From Bacteroides sp. (GTDB lineage Bacteria; Bacteroidota; Bacteroidia; Bacteroidales; Bacteroidaceae): a DNA stretch of 64,000 nucleotides. This document shows, in pieces, positions 10,539-20,660 of this stretch. Both the position numbers and the translations under genes were made by a program. The DNA is taken from the NCBI RefSeq assembly GCF_030151085.1, contig NZ_JASLER010000069.1, positions 4,830-68,829 of the forward strand, in the 5' to 3' direction. The first letter of the stretch is position 1, and each line of letters begins with the position of its first letter. The notes below the pieces were generated by a model. It was not told the origin of the DNA, did not search any database, and was given only the letters and a program-made list of their open reading frames with translations.

Positions 10539-10740
10539 AGTCCCCACTTTTAATACCCAATAGTCCCTCTTTTAGTGTCGTTGTCAGCGATATTAATTCG
10601 TTCCACCTGGTTATCCTTTCGTTCCACCTGGTTGACTTTTCGTTTTACCTAGGTGGAACGAAAAAGTAACCGGGTGGAACGAATTAAAACTGGGGAGTTT
10701 TAGACTTAATAGTAGGACTTCGACGAATAAAAGAGGGATT
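10539..10740. repeat. Nested palindromic intergenic repeat array (21-23 bp period)
   Basis: TTCGTTCCACCTGG-like units at 10597, 10618, 10639 with inverted copies ending at 10687; outer arms TCCCTCTTTTA (10564) / TAAAAGAGGGA (10728). Confidence 0.75.
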
Positions 10741-10816
10741 TATAAGGAGTAAGTACAATATTGGGGTTATCACTACATTTCCCCCCTCATTGTATCGAGA
10801 CCAAGAATTCAGAATG

Positions 10817-13369
10817 CTAATAACCCGATGTTAAACGTTGGGGCGTATTCATATACTTATGCACTATCGGATCTTCCCGTGCTTCGGGAGTATTTACAAC
10901 AGGCATCGGCATATAATATGAATCGATCTTGTCAGTAATTTGCTCTACGGATAGTTTCCCTTTACTATAAGTCAGATCGAATTCAAAGTTCATTTCACCT
11001 GGAGAATCCACACAGAAATTAACCACCCACAGATTATTATATAACATACCATACAGTTCATTAGAATTTTCAGGTGCATCCTGTAGCCTCGCCCCCATAT
11101 GATGACCACCAAAACTAACAATCGGAACATCACCTGATGACCAAATACGGGTACCATCCTGCATGTCATATTTCACCCAACTATCAATGACAAAAAAGTC
11201 CTTGCACGAATTAGGTATTTGGTCCTTATATAATTCGCAGGGAATACCCCCATTGGTAGCCACAGGCTGCTTGCAATCTTGCGGGAAAGGGAACTTTGCA
11301 TAAAACACCTCGGGAGCAATTGAAGAAATTCGATCAAAGAAAACATTGACTTTCGCCCTCGGAACTTCTTTAAATATCTCGACCTGACGATTCATATTCT
11401 TTACCCTCGGATGTTCCATGTCTTGTGAGATAATCCAGGAGTAAGGGGTTTCCCTAACTTTAGCTTTACCCTTCGGTTTTGCCCAGTCCACCTCAGTTAT
11501 CTCATCAAACTTCTTTTTCCGCTGTTTATCATCCAAATGCATATAGATATCTCCTTGAGACCATCTATCCATATCATTAAAATGTACTACCATAAAATCA
11601 GCCAATCCTTCAGTAAACAACGGTTCACTCATACCTTTCCACTGAGCAGACGTAATCCAACCATTCTTATCAAAAGAGAGTTCGGGCAAATCTGGTTGCT
11701 TCTCCGGTTCTCCTATCTCAGCAACTTGAAGAGTAAACTGAGTATATGAATTTGCCGGCATATCAGATACCCAAAACCACGCCTCAGTACCTCCGGGTAT
11801 CGCTTCACGACTGGTATTAAGATTCTCATCAACTACCCAACGCCAAACATAATCACCTTCTTTAAACAAAGGATAAGTTTTACCTGTCATACTATTCCGT
11901 ACCGATTTATAATCTACCTCTCTAAAACCGGTAACATCTAGTTTAATCCACCCTGTATAGGGTGCATTTGCCGCATTGGTAACATATAAACCAGCATCTT
12001 CCTGCGCAAACTTATTACGCGCCAATTGAGCCAGCAAATATTTACCTCTCTCCCACGGACGGTAAGCAAAACTGTTCTTTTCATTCAGTTGCCCTTGTGT
12101 ATACAAACTGTAAGGAGCTTCAGAGGTCTCATTAGAGCCATATGTATGCTCAAAATAGCGGCACAACAGACGATTAATCTCTTTCAATTCATCTTTAGTT
12201 CCATTATTCAATTCTCCCCAAACAGGTGAGTCAATAGCTTTTTCATAATAAACAGCCCGACGAGCCACTTCCATCTCTCGTGGCATAGCTGCACCACCAA
12301 AAGCCCACCAGTCTTGCCATTCTCCCTCGAATGTCTTCAACTGGCTGCCAACTTCTTTCTCTATATTTTTCATTGCTTCACCAGCTGTCTTCATCCGCAA
12401 CATAGGTTTGAGCCCCATTTCATTCCATTTCTTTATAAAAGCAAGCAATTGTGGCATAGGCCCGTCATTATCACAACGCCACTCATTAGTAAAAGTCAGT
12501 GTAAGGAATGGATAATCATACCCTTTCTCCCTCAAATCCTGCAACCGTTTCACACAAACATCATGCGCATTATGCATGGATGTTTCGTCAGTTTGCAAAA
12601 TATTCCCATTACGTGGCCATGAAGTCTGCGTATTAGCATACTCACGCTGCTGCAAACGCCATTCACGTTCAGCAAAGAACAAGTAGCCTTGCCAATAAGG
12701 ATATCCCGACCAAACCAACAGTTTCCTGTTGTCAGGCATCTTCCACCAGAAAGCTCCCGGTTGTTCAACCGGCGAACCTCCCCAATGCGGATTAATACCT
12801 GTCCAAATATAATGTATATCACGATCTAGTAACCTCATAGCTGCTGCGCGTGGAAAACCGTTTACATCATGCTGCATACCCACTTCTATATCCAACTGGG
12901 ACCACATTTTCTCGGGAATCCAGTTAAACATTTCATCCCATTGCTTTGTATTGGCATACGGATGAATATGGAAAGGCATAGCGTTAATTCCAATCTGCTT
13001 ATTTTTAATCATGCTCAACATCTCTTCCTGTCTATTCTCAGGAGCCGAGTTCCACCAGGAATAAAATGGATCGAGCGCCTCTACCGTCCATGCAAATCGG
13101 TTTTCTTCCATTTCATCTTTTGTTTGCAAAGCCAAGTCCAAAGCAACATCAATAAAGCGTTTGTGTAAATCAATTGCAACAAGAGCATGATCTGTATATC
13201 CATAATCGGTATGCGTAATGTGTACAATATCAATATACTTAAAACCAAGAGTATCTTTCCCCTCAATACTACTCTCCATTGTATCTCCCGGTTTGGAGTT
13301 ACAGCTACAAACCACTGCTCCTAAAAGGAACAATACACCAATAAACAACTTGTTAATTATACATTTCAT
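10817..13369 (-). CDS. Lipoprotein with GH38 N-terminal-like domain (putative glycoside hydrolase)
   Basis: 850 aa, lipobox VVCSC; IDIVHITHTDYGYTD (HxD metal motif), MQHDVNGFP, FWWKMPDNRKLLVW, DNDGP, GEWQDWW resemble GH38-N-fold hydrolases. Confidence 0.65.
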   Translation of the reverse strand: MKCIINKLFIGVLFLLGAVVCSCNSKPGDTMESSIEGKDTLGFKYIDIVHITHTDYGYTDHALVAIDLHKRFIDVALDLALQTKDEMEENRFAWTVEALDPFYSWWNSAPENRQEEMLSMIKNKQIGINAMPFHIHPYANTKQWDEMFNWIPEKMWSQLDIEVGMQHDVNGFPRAAAMRLLDRDIHYIWTGINPHWGGSPVEQPGAFWWKMPDNRKLLVWSGYPYWQGYLFFAEREWRLQQREYANTQTSWPRNGNILQTDETSMHNAHDVCVKRLQDLREKGYDYPFLTLTFTNEWRCDNDGPMPQLLAFIKKWNEMGLKPMLRMKTAGEAMKNIEKEVGSQLKTFEGEWQDWWAFGGAAMPREMEVARRAVYYEKAIDSPVWGELNNGTKDELKEINRLLCRYFEHTYGSNETSEAPYSLYTQGQLNEKNSFAYRPWERGKYLLAQLARNKFAQEDAGLYVTNAANAPYTGWIKLDVTGFREVDYKSVRNSMTGKTYPLFKEGDYVWRWVVDENLNTSREAIPGGTEAWFWVSDMPANSYTQFTLQVAEIGEPEKQPDLPELSFDKNGWITSAQWKGMSEPLFTEGLADFMVVHFNDMDRWSQGDIYMHLDDKQRKKKFDEITEVDWAKPKGKAKVRETPYSWIISQDMEHPRVKNMNRQVEIFKEVPRAKVNVFFDRISSIAPEVFYAKFPFPQDCKQPVATNGGIPCELYKDQIPNSCKDFFVIDSWVKYDMQDGTRIWSSGDVPIVSFGGHHMGARLQDAPENSNELYGMLYNNLWVVNFCVDSPGEMNFEFDLTYSKGKLSVEQITDKIDSYYMPMPVVNTPEAREDPIVHKYMNTPQRLTSGY

Positions 13370-13401
13370 AATATTCTGATTATTAATAGTGATTATTCAT
13401 T

Positions 13402-16400
13402 TCATTCTACAAAATCCTTCGGTAAGACCCCAAACTGTTTCAAAAAACACTTTGAAAAATAGGATGGAGAATTAAAACCTACCATATAGCATATCTCATT
13501 GACCCTGTTTTCTCCATCCCTCAATAATTGGGCTGCACGCTTTAGCCGTTCAATGCGCAGATACTCACTAGGTGTCAAATCAAGGACACCTTTTATCTTC
13601 CGATAGAAGTTAGAACGACTCATATTTAGTATTTCGGCTATATCCTCCATACTAAACTCCGGATTATGAAGGTTGGAAAGGATTATTTCATTCAATTTCT
13701 TGATAAACTCCTCATCGGCTTTTGTCAGTGCCATTGTATTGGCAGCTACAAAAGGAGATTTGGCAAAAGCTTGCCGCATCTTCTCTCTATTCTTAATCAA
13801 ACTCGAAATAGCAGCCAAAAGATATTCCGGAGAGAATGGTTTTTCTATATATGCATCTGCTCCTAATTCCAATCCTTCTACTTTAGACTGAATATTAGTC
13901 TTTGCAGTCAGCAATATAATGGGGATATGACTATAATCTAACTTGGATTTGACTGTTTTGCACAGTTCAAAACCATCCATCACCGGCATAACGACGTCAC
14001 TGACCACGATATTCACAAAATTCTCATCTAAAAGATGCAGAGCCTCTTCCCCATTGGTTGCAGTCAATACCACATACTCATGAGCCAATTGCCGATTTAC
14101 AAACAAAAGCATATCCGGATTGTCCTCAACAACCAGTACGGTATATCTACTTTCATTATTTTCCATCTGTTCCCCACCTTTTGTAGGTGATTCTGTAGGA
14201 AGTTCGATATTGCCCGCAAATTCAGAATCCATTATAATGGCATTGTCCTGGGTAGTCGGTAAAGTAAGGCAAAATACATTTGCCTGCTCTCCTTCAACCA
14301 TTCTTAAACTTCCCCGGTGTAATTCGGCCAAAGAACGGGAAAGAGCTAATCCAATTCCGGTACCGGTAGTAACCCTTCCACTTCCCTCTCCATCAAAACG
14401 AACGAAAGGTTTGAATATCTCCTCTTTCATTGTGTCCGGTACAAGAATACCATCATTGATTGTCCGAATATAAAACTCCCCATTTTCAACTGTCTGATTA
14501 AACTCTAACAAGACTTGTACATAGCTCTCTGCGTATTTCATTGCATTGCTTTGCAAATTACTGAGTATCTTAATAAAAGCTTCTTTATTAACATGCGCAT
14601 AGAAATCATCTGCCGGTACCTTCAAAGTGAACTCCAATCCCTTCTGTTTCGCAAGAGATGTGAATCGCAGATAAGTTTCTTTCACAACCTCCTTTATATT
14701 GCACCTTGTGAAGTTTAAACTAAACCCTTGACTTTCCGTTTTTCGGAAATCCAATAACTGATTGGCCAGATTTAACAGACGCTCTGTATTCTGTTTCATT
14801 ATATTCATATCTTCACGGGTCTCTATATCAACATTCTTTTTTAGAATGATATTCTCTAAAGGTCCTTTAATCAAAGTCAGCGGAGTACGTATCTCATGAG
14901 CCACATTCGTGAAGAAATCAAATTTTGCATTATAAATCTCCCGTTCCTTTTCCTGCTCAAACTTTTCCATCTGCCTCTGCTGCCTTCTGTTATTGCGGTG
15001 CTTGAGATAAAGATATAAATATACAAAGAAGCCTATGGATAATAATACATAAATGATATACGCCAAAACAGAAAGATAGAAAGGAGGCAGAATACGGATT
15101 TGCAGAGTCGTTTCTTCCTTATTCCATATGCCATCGCTATTCGAAGCTTTCACTCTAAATACATAATCCCCATAATGCAGATTAGAATAAGTAACCAACG
15201 GACTTTCGCCTACAGTCAACCATTCTTCATCAAAACCATCCAATTTATACATCAGCTTGTTCATCTTCGGAGCTTGATAGCCTAGAGCGGCAAGACGAAA
15301 GGAAAAGGAATTCTGATCTGCCCGAAGCAGTAACTTATCAGAAAAAGTAATATTTTTCTTTAATGGAGAATATTGAGCCCCGGCCCGCATCTCCTTATTG
15401 AATAATAGGAAATCGGTAATAACAGCAAAAGGTACATAATTATTCTCTGAAAATGTCTTTGGGTTGAATGCTACAAAACCTTCAATACTTCCAAAGTAAA
15501 TAGTACCATCTTTATCTTTGAAACTGGAACGATAATTAAACTGATCACTCGGCAACCCATTTGCAGTTGTATATACCTTTACATCTCCTAAAGTAGGATT
15601 AAAACGTGCCAATCCACTATTTGTAGTCAACCAAAATACACCATCATTATCTTCCACCATCTGATAGACCACGTCATTCGGCAAGCCGTTGCTTGTGTCA
15701 TATCGCGTAAAGTTCTCTGTTTCCGGGTGAAATAAGCAAAGCCCCCTTCCTTGTGTAGTCAACCAAATATTTCGACGCGAATCTTCAAAAACACTCAGTA
15801 CCTTGTTATTGGAAAGGCTCTTTTCATCTTTTTCGTCATGCGTATAGTTTTTCCACTTCTTTTTGCCCACATCATAACGATAAACGCCATTCACATACGT
15901 AGCCAGCCACAAATTTCCATCCTTATCCTCTTTTACATCATATACAAATATTCCAAACAATTCCGGAATGGTCTCAAAATTATCCTGTTGCTTATTGTAA
16001 TGCATCAAACCACATCCGGTTCCCACATAAATATCCCCGGCAGCAGTTTTACAGATAGCAAAAACATTATTATCATTTAATGAATGCGGACTACCATCAT
16101 ATTGATACGATCTCAAAATAGTTCCAGTATTTATATCAATAACTTTCAGACCTTTAGAGAATGTACCAACCCAAAGTTCATTCCCTATAGAACACAGTCC
16201 ATGTACATTCGTAAAACCCAGGCTCGGGGTAAAGAAGTTGAACTCTTTTGTCACCGGGTCAAATCTATTCAATCCACCGTCTTCTGTTCCAATCCACAAC
16301 TTTCCTTGTTTATCCTGGCAAAATTCACGTATCCGTTTTCCATGCAGCCCATCTTCAACTCCTTTCGGATAGTATCTTTCAAAGTAAGTATATGAATGGG

Positions 16401-17430
16401 GATAATAGTTTATACCTCCAAAATAAGAACCCATCCAAATACCTCCTTCACGATCTTTGCACAATGAATAAATTGCATTGTCTGACAAAGAATAAGGATC
16501 ATACATAGATCCTCTCAAATGCGTATATTTATCTGTCCGAAGATTATAGATATAAATCCCCGATTCACATCCAATCCATAATTCATCATCAGAAGAAAGC
16601 ATCAATTCGCGACACCATATTCGCTCACCAGTTTCATCTGTCAGCAATAAATCACGTACTTTTCCCGATCCTAAATTCACCTCTTTAATACCTCCACCAA
16701 CCGAAGCAGTGTAAAGGCAATTATAAGTTCCCAGCACCACTTTCATAAGCGGATCTCCCTCGAACACTTTTTTACCGTCAGAAGAAATAAAAGGAGAAAT
16801 AGTTTGAAGTCCGTCTTTTGAATAAAACAACCCATTTCCATAAATCCAGGTCGTACCGTTATTATCGAAAACCACACAATTTACATTGGAGGTTAAAAAA
16901 GGAAAGTTCTTTAACGTATAATTCTTCAATTCTTTTGTCCGAAGATTATAATGGAATAGTCCCTGACGCTCTGCTGTAATCCAAACATCCCCATTTCCAT
17001 CTCCCGTAATCATTGCAGCCGCATAGTCTATGGTAGTATTCTCATTGCTCAATTGCTTGAAAGCTTCAAAGCAATCCCTCTCCGGATAATATATATATAA
17101 GCCCACATCCGTACCAACCCAAATATTTCCCTCTATATCTTCATAAAGGGCGAGTATATAATTATTCCCGATACTCTGCCTGTCAGCTCTATCATACTTG
17201 AACTTCCTAAACGAAGAACCATCATAGCGATTCAGACCATCTTTTGTTCCAAACCACATGAAACCGGTTCTATCTTGTAATATATCATTTACGGTATTTT
17301 GGGACAAGCCGTCTCTTATGTTGAGATTCTTGAGGTAATAGTGTCCACCTATTGTTTGTGCATTGCAAACAATAGTACATATCAAACATACAATAATAAT
17401 TAGTATTTTCTTCATATTCGTATTTTCCAT
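13402..17430 (-). CDS. Hybrid two-component sensor kinase/response regulator (HTCS, AraC-type output); start may be 17415
   Basis: Beta-propeller repeats (MWFGTKDGLNRYDG), Y_Y_Y domain, TM helix, FFTNVAHEIRTPLTLI, GTGIGLAL, receiver SDVVMPVMDG, AraC HTH GFNSPSYFSKCF. Confidence 0.96.
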   Translation of the reverse strand: MENTNMKKILIIIVCLICTIVCNAQTIGGHYYLKNLNIRDGLSQNTVNDILQDRTGFMWFGTKDGLNRYDGSSFRKFKYDRADRQSIGNNYILALYEDIEGNIWVGTDVGLYIYYPERDCFEAFKQLSNENTTIDYAAAMITGDGNGDVWITAERQGLFHYNLRTKELKNYTLKNFPFLTSNVNCVVFDNNGTTWIYGNGLFYSKDGLQTISPFISSDGKKVFEGDPLMKVVLGTYNCLYTASVGGGIKEVNLGSGKVRDLLLTDETGERIWCRELMLSSDDELWIGCESGIYIYNLRTDKYTHLRGSMYDPYSLSDNAIYSLCKDREGGIWMGSYFGGINYYPHSYTYFERYYPKGVEDGLHGKRIREFCQDKQGKLWIGTEDGGLNRFDPVTKEFNFFTPSLGFTNVHGLCSIGNELWVGTFSKGLKVIDINTGTILRSYQYDGSPHSLNDNNVFAICKTAAGDIYVGTGCGLMHYNKQQDNFETIPELFGIFVYDVKEDKDGNLWLATYVNGVYRYDVGKKKWKNYTHDEKDEKSLSNNKVLSVFEDSRRNIWLTTQGRGLCLFHPETENFTRYDTSNGLPNDVVYQMVEDNDGVFWLTTNSGLARFNPTLGDVKVYTTANGLPSDQFNYRSSFKDKDGTIYFGSIEGFVAFNPKTFSENNYVPFAVITDFLLFNKEMRAGAQYSPLKKNITFSDKLLLRADQNSFSFRLAALGYQAPKMNKLMYKLDGFDEEWLTVGESPLVTYSNLHYGDYVFRVKASNSDGIWNKEETTLQIRILPPFYLSVLAYIIYVLLSIGFFVYLYLYLKHRNNRRQQRQMEKFEQEKEREIYNAKFDFFTNVAHEIRTPLTLIKGPLENIILKKNVDIETREDMNIMKQNTERLLNLANQLLDFRKTESQGFSLNFTRCNIKEVVKETYLRFTSLAKQKGLEFTLKVPADDFYAHVNKEAFIKILSNLQSNAMKYAESYVQVLLEFNQTVENGEFYIRTINDGILVPDTMKEEIFKPFVRFDGEGSGRVTTGTGIGLALSRSLAELHRGSLRMVEGEQANVFCLTLPTTQDNAIIMDSEFAGNIELPTESPTKGGEQMENNESRYTVLVVEDNPDMLLFVNRQLAHEYVVLTATNGEEALHLLDENFVNIVVSDVVMPVMDGFELCKTVKSKLDYSHIPIILLTAKTNIQSKVEGLELGADAYIEKPFSPEYLLAAISSLIKNREKMRQAFAKSPFVAANTMALTKADEEFIKKLNEIILSNLHNPEFSMEDIAEILNMSRSNFYRKIKGVLDLTPSEYLRIERLKRAAQLLRDGENRVNEICYMVGFNSPSYFSKCFLKQFGVLPKDFVE

Positions 17431-17449
17431 TGTTCCATAGTTCAGACCT

Positions 17450-17496
17450 CAAATATAGCCCAAATCATATATGGACAATGGAAAATACGTCCCAAT
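17450..17496 (-). promoter_or_regulatory. Promoter of HTCS-1 with a single CGTCCCAAT operator copy
   Basis: TATATTTG on minus strand (17450-17457); CGTCCCAAT at 17488-17496, 38 bp offset. Confidence 0.65.
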
Positions 17497-17527
17497 GAAT
17501 GAAAGGATTGTCGCTTTAATCAATGCT

Positions 17528-19057
17528 TTACTTCTTCAAATACACAATGTATTCCCAAGAGCGAAGCAATGCATTTACATCCTGTTTCTCAACCACTATC
17601 TTTATGTTATGTTTTCCATTCGGCAACTGGTAATTCCAAAACAAATCCAAGCGACGATATCGGAAACTTGCAGGAAACTCAGCTTCTTCTACAAATTGAT
17701 CATCAATATAAAGCTTGGCTTTTATAACGTCATCCGGTTTATTGAAATCTCTACGGACAGCTTCACCTCTGATTACAAAACCATTACCCTCCATATCAAA
17801 AGATAAGGTATCGATATCTGCACGGTGCAAACCTGTCTTAGTTACCGGATACAATCCTTCGAAACATTGTTCCAAACGTACAACCGCAGGAGTTTGTACA
17901 GGCAAAACGATATGATCTTCTGCAACAGTACCTCCATTCTTCTGAATCATTAGACAGGCATGCTTGTAGCTAATATCATATAGATCATTCAAACATAATG
18001 AAGTATATTTGAAGTTCTTACCCTCAGCACCTTTCAAACCTTTCATCCAATATTCGGGGATATTACTGTAGCCCATCATTGTACCTAAAATACCGCCGGC
18101 GGAAGAGGGATTGCAATCAGAATCCTGACCTGCACGCGTAGATATTTCCATGGTCTTAGTGAAATCTCCATTGCCATAGAGCAATCCAAGTACGATATAA
18201 GCCGCATTAATCTTTGCATCAATATTCAATGGGGCAAAAACTCCATCAGGGCATCCTATCTCTTCAGCATGATGCTTCTGCAACTCAAACCAAGCCTGTT
18301 TCCAATCATCAGGATATTGCTTATGCCATTTTATCACATCGGCAATGCACTTATAGAATGTACTTTCCTGCGGTATTGTCTTTAAAGCTTCATTTACTAT
18401 ATAGTGAATATCCTTTGAAACAAATGCCAAACTATACATAGCTCCAACATATACGCCTCCATACCAGCCATCGCCATAACACATGATATGACCTATCTTA
18501 TCACTTATTTCGGATGCTGAATTCGGCATACCGGGATTCATCAAACCGGCGAAGTCGGCTTCTATCTGATAATCGATATCATCCGCATGAGGATTGACCA
18601 GCCAATGACCGGGCTCCTTCACACCATGCAGAATATTGTAACGTGCAGCTTGGTTGGCATGCCACAGATTATAATCGGCTGTTGCAAAAGCCAAGGCAAA
18701 GGAATCAACCGGAGCATCCATTCCTACTCTTTCAAGTACATCGACAAAGGTCAGATCCATGTAAATATCATCATAGAGGTCAGGCCATGAATCCATTAAC
18801 TCTTGCACATATCCCTCATGCCAGGGTATAGTCTGATAATCTTGTATAAATGTTCCTTGATGTCGAAACTCAGTGTAGCTACCGAAGCTGACTCCAATAG
18901 TCTGACCTGCCCATCCTCCCTTTATCTTATCCAGAAGTTGTTCGGACGATAAAGTTTGGGATATAGGTGGTGCTGTAGATGATTTGCAGGCAACGAATAT
19001 CCCTCCTACAAATGCCAAGCCCAATAATGCCAATAAACTCTTTTTTACTCTATTCAT
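17528..19057 (-). CDS. ADP-ribosylglycohydrolase (ARH/DraG) family lipoprotein
   Basis: Lipobox FVAC; DKIKGGWAGQTIG, YDDIYMDLTF, DFAGLMNPG, GLLYGNGDF, GQDSDCN metal-binding motifs; extra C-terminal domain. Confidence 0.85.
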   Translation of the reverse strand: MNRVKKSLLALLGLAFVGGIFVACKSSTAPPISQTLSSEQLLDKIKGGWAGQTIGVSFGSYTEFRHQGTFIQDYQTIPWHEGYVQELMDSWPDLYDDIYMDLTFVDVLERVGMDAPVDSFALAFATADYNLWHANQAARYNILHGVKEPGHWLVNPHADDIDYQIEADFAGLMNPGMPNSASEISDKIGHIMCYGDGWYGGVYVGAMYSLAFVSKDIHYIVNEALKTIPQESTFYKCIADVIKWHKQYPDDWKQAWFELQKHHAEEIGCPDGVFAPLNIDAKINAAYIVLGLLYGNGDFTKTMEISTRAGQDSDCNPSSAGGILGTMMGYSNIPEYWMKGLKGAEGKNFKYTSLCLNDLYDISYKHACLMIQKNGGTVAEDHIVLPVQTPAVVRLEQCFEGLYPVTKTGLHRADIDTLSFDMEGNGFVIRGEAVRRDFNKPDDVIKAKLYIDDQFVEEAEFPASFRYRRLDLFWNYQLPNGKHNIKIVVEKQDVNALLRSWEYIVYLKK

Positions 19058-19080
19058 AATTCATCAATATTGTTATGTTA

Positions 19081-20649
19081 TTACTTATATCCGTCATTCT
19101 GAACCAACTTATTATTTGCCTGAAGTTCAGACAAGGGTATAGGGAATAAATTCAGATGAGTCTTTTTAGAGGATTCATGGAATGTCCATTCACCCTGTGT
19201 ATAGTTATTGTCAAAGCGAATCAGTTGGCTTCTTCTCAAGCCTTCCAAAGCAAATTCCCTACCCCACTCCTGTAATAAGACTCCAAAACGTACAGGAGCA
19301 GCGTTCACATCAATCGTTTTAAGTAAATCGGCTCCCGTCAGCTTATAATCACCATCAAAAGCACGTTTACGCACATCATTTATCAACAGTGCAGCCTCAT
19401 CGGCATTTCCATTAGTACGCAGAATACACTCGGCCCTCATAAAATATACTTCTGCATATCGCATGGCAACCCAATCATTGTCCAGCGCACGCGAAGTTCC
19501 CATTTTAATTTCATATTTACCACATCGGTAGCCTTCTGCTTCTCCACCATTTTCAAGGTTACTCACCTCTTTTGTATAAATCAAAGGTTTCCCTTCCCAA
19601 CCTGGAACAAGACCGGTACAATATAATACAGAGCCATCACTACCATATTGTTGTCCCATTCTCCATGTCTTTTGCAGTCGTTTATCACCATCTGCATAAT
19701 TATCAATAAAACTAGGAACTGCACATACACCATTATCCAGCCATGTTTGCAGATTAAAGGTCTTTACATTTGAGGGATGAAGTGTTTTTTGCAAAGCCAT
19801 ATAGATGGTACTCCCCGTTTTCACCTCATCGGCAGGATATGCAAATATAATTTCGGAAGAGTTTTCATTCTGAGTATAGAAAGGTGCGCTAAAATCGTTC
19901 TCCAATACATATTTCCCGGATGCCATGATTTCTGAACAAAGAGTATTACACTCCGCATACATATTCTTTCCAATCCAAGTTTCAGCATTCAGATAGAGAC
20001 GAGCCAACAACATTTTGGCATTCCATTTATTAAATCTGCCATAATAAGTCTTTGTATCTTCACTCAACTTATCAATATTGTTTTTAAGACTACTCTCTAT
20101 AAAAGCATATACTTCCTCACGCTTACTTGTCTCCGGTAAGAATCCTTCAGGTACATCAAACCGGTCTACAATAGGTATATTTCCAAAAGCTTCACACAAG
20201 ATGTAGTACCAGTAAGCACGGGCTACCTCCAGTTCTGCAATCACTCCTTCTTTTCCTGCCACATCAAAGTTCAGGTTATTCAGCTGATAAATTACCCGGT
20301 TACAGTTACTAATGCCTCCGTAAGCCTGTCCCCAAAGATCAGAAAAGTGAGGATCTTCCGGTTTCCAGGTGTGTTTATGTAAACGGATGTAGATACCGCC
20401 ATCAAACCAGGCAGCCCTGGGAGTAACAGCAACATCAGTAGATTCCTCAAAATCCCACCACTTACGCCACTCCAAAAGTCCCCGATAATCAGTATACACG
20501 GGGGTAATTGCAGCAACTATATCTTTTTCATCCTGATAGAAATTATCTTCTGTCAATCTATCATATATTTTCTCGTCGAGATTTGTACATGAACTAACCA
20601 TAGCTCCCGTACAGAGAAGAGCAAACAAATATAAACTATATTTTTTCAT
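19081..20649 (-). CDS. susD: SusD/RagB family outer-membrane lipoprotein
   Basis: Lipobox VSSC-TNLDE; ARAYWYY, FGNIP, RYAEVYFMRAE, EWGREFALEGLRRSQLIRF, QNDGY. Confidence 0.95.
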   Translation of the reverse strand: MKKYSLYLFALLCTGAMVSSCTNLDEKIYDRLTEDNFYQDEKDIVAAITPVYTDYRGLLEWRKWWDFEESTDVAVTPRAAWFDGGIYIRLHKHTWKPEDPHFSDLWGQAYGGISNCNRVIYQLNNLNFDVAGKEGVIAELEVARAYWYYILCEAFGNIPIVDRFDVPEGFLPETSKREEVYAFIESSLKNNIDKLSEDTKTYYGRFNKWNAKMLLARLYLNAETWIGKNMYAECNTLCSEIMASGKYVLENDFSAPFYTQNENSSEIIFAYPADEVKTGSTIYMALQKTLHPSNVKTFNLQTWLDNGVCAVPSFIDNYADGDKRLQKTWRMGQQYGSDGSVLYCTGLVPGWEGKPLIYTKEVSNLENGGEAEGYRCGKYEIKMGTSRALDNDWVAMRYAEVYFMRAECILRTNGNADEAALLINDVRKRAFDGDYKLTGADLLKTIDVNAAPVRFGVLLQEWGREFALEGLRRSQLIRFDNNYTQGEWTFHESSKKTHLNLFPIPLSELQANNKLVQNDGYK

Positions 20650-20660
20650 AATCTTCCAAT

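Noticed and set aside
17528..19057. ARH as an antitoxin/immunity protein or DraG regulator
   Set aside because: No ADP-ribosyltransferase nearby; it has a lipoprotein signal and sits in a SusC/D-ribokinase operon
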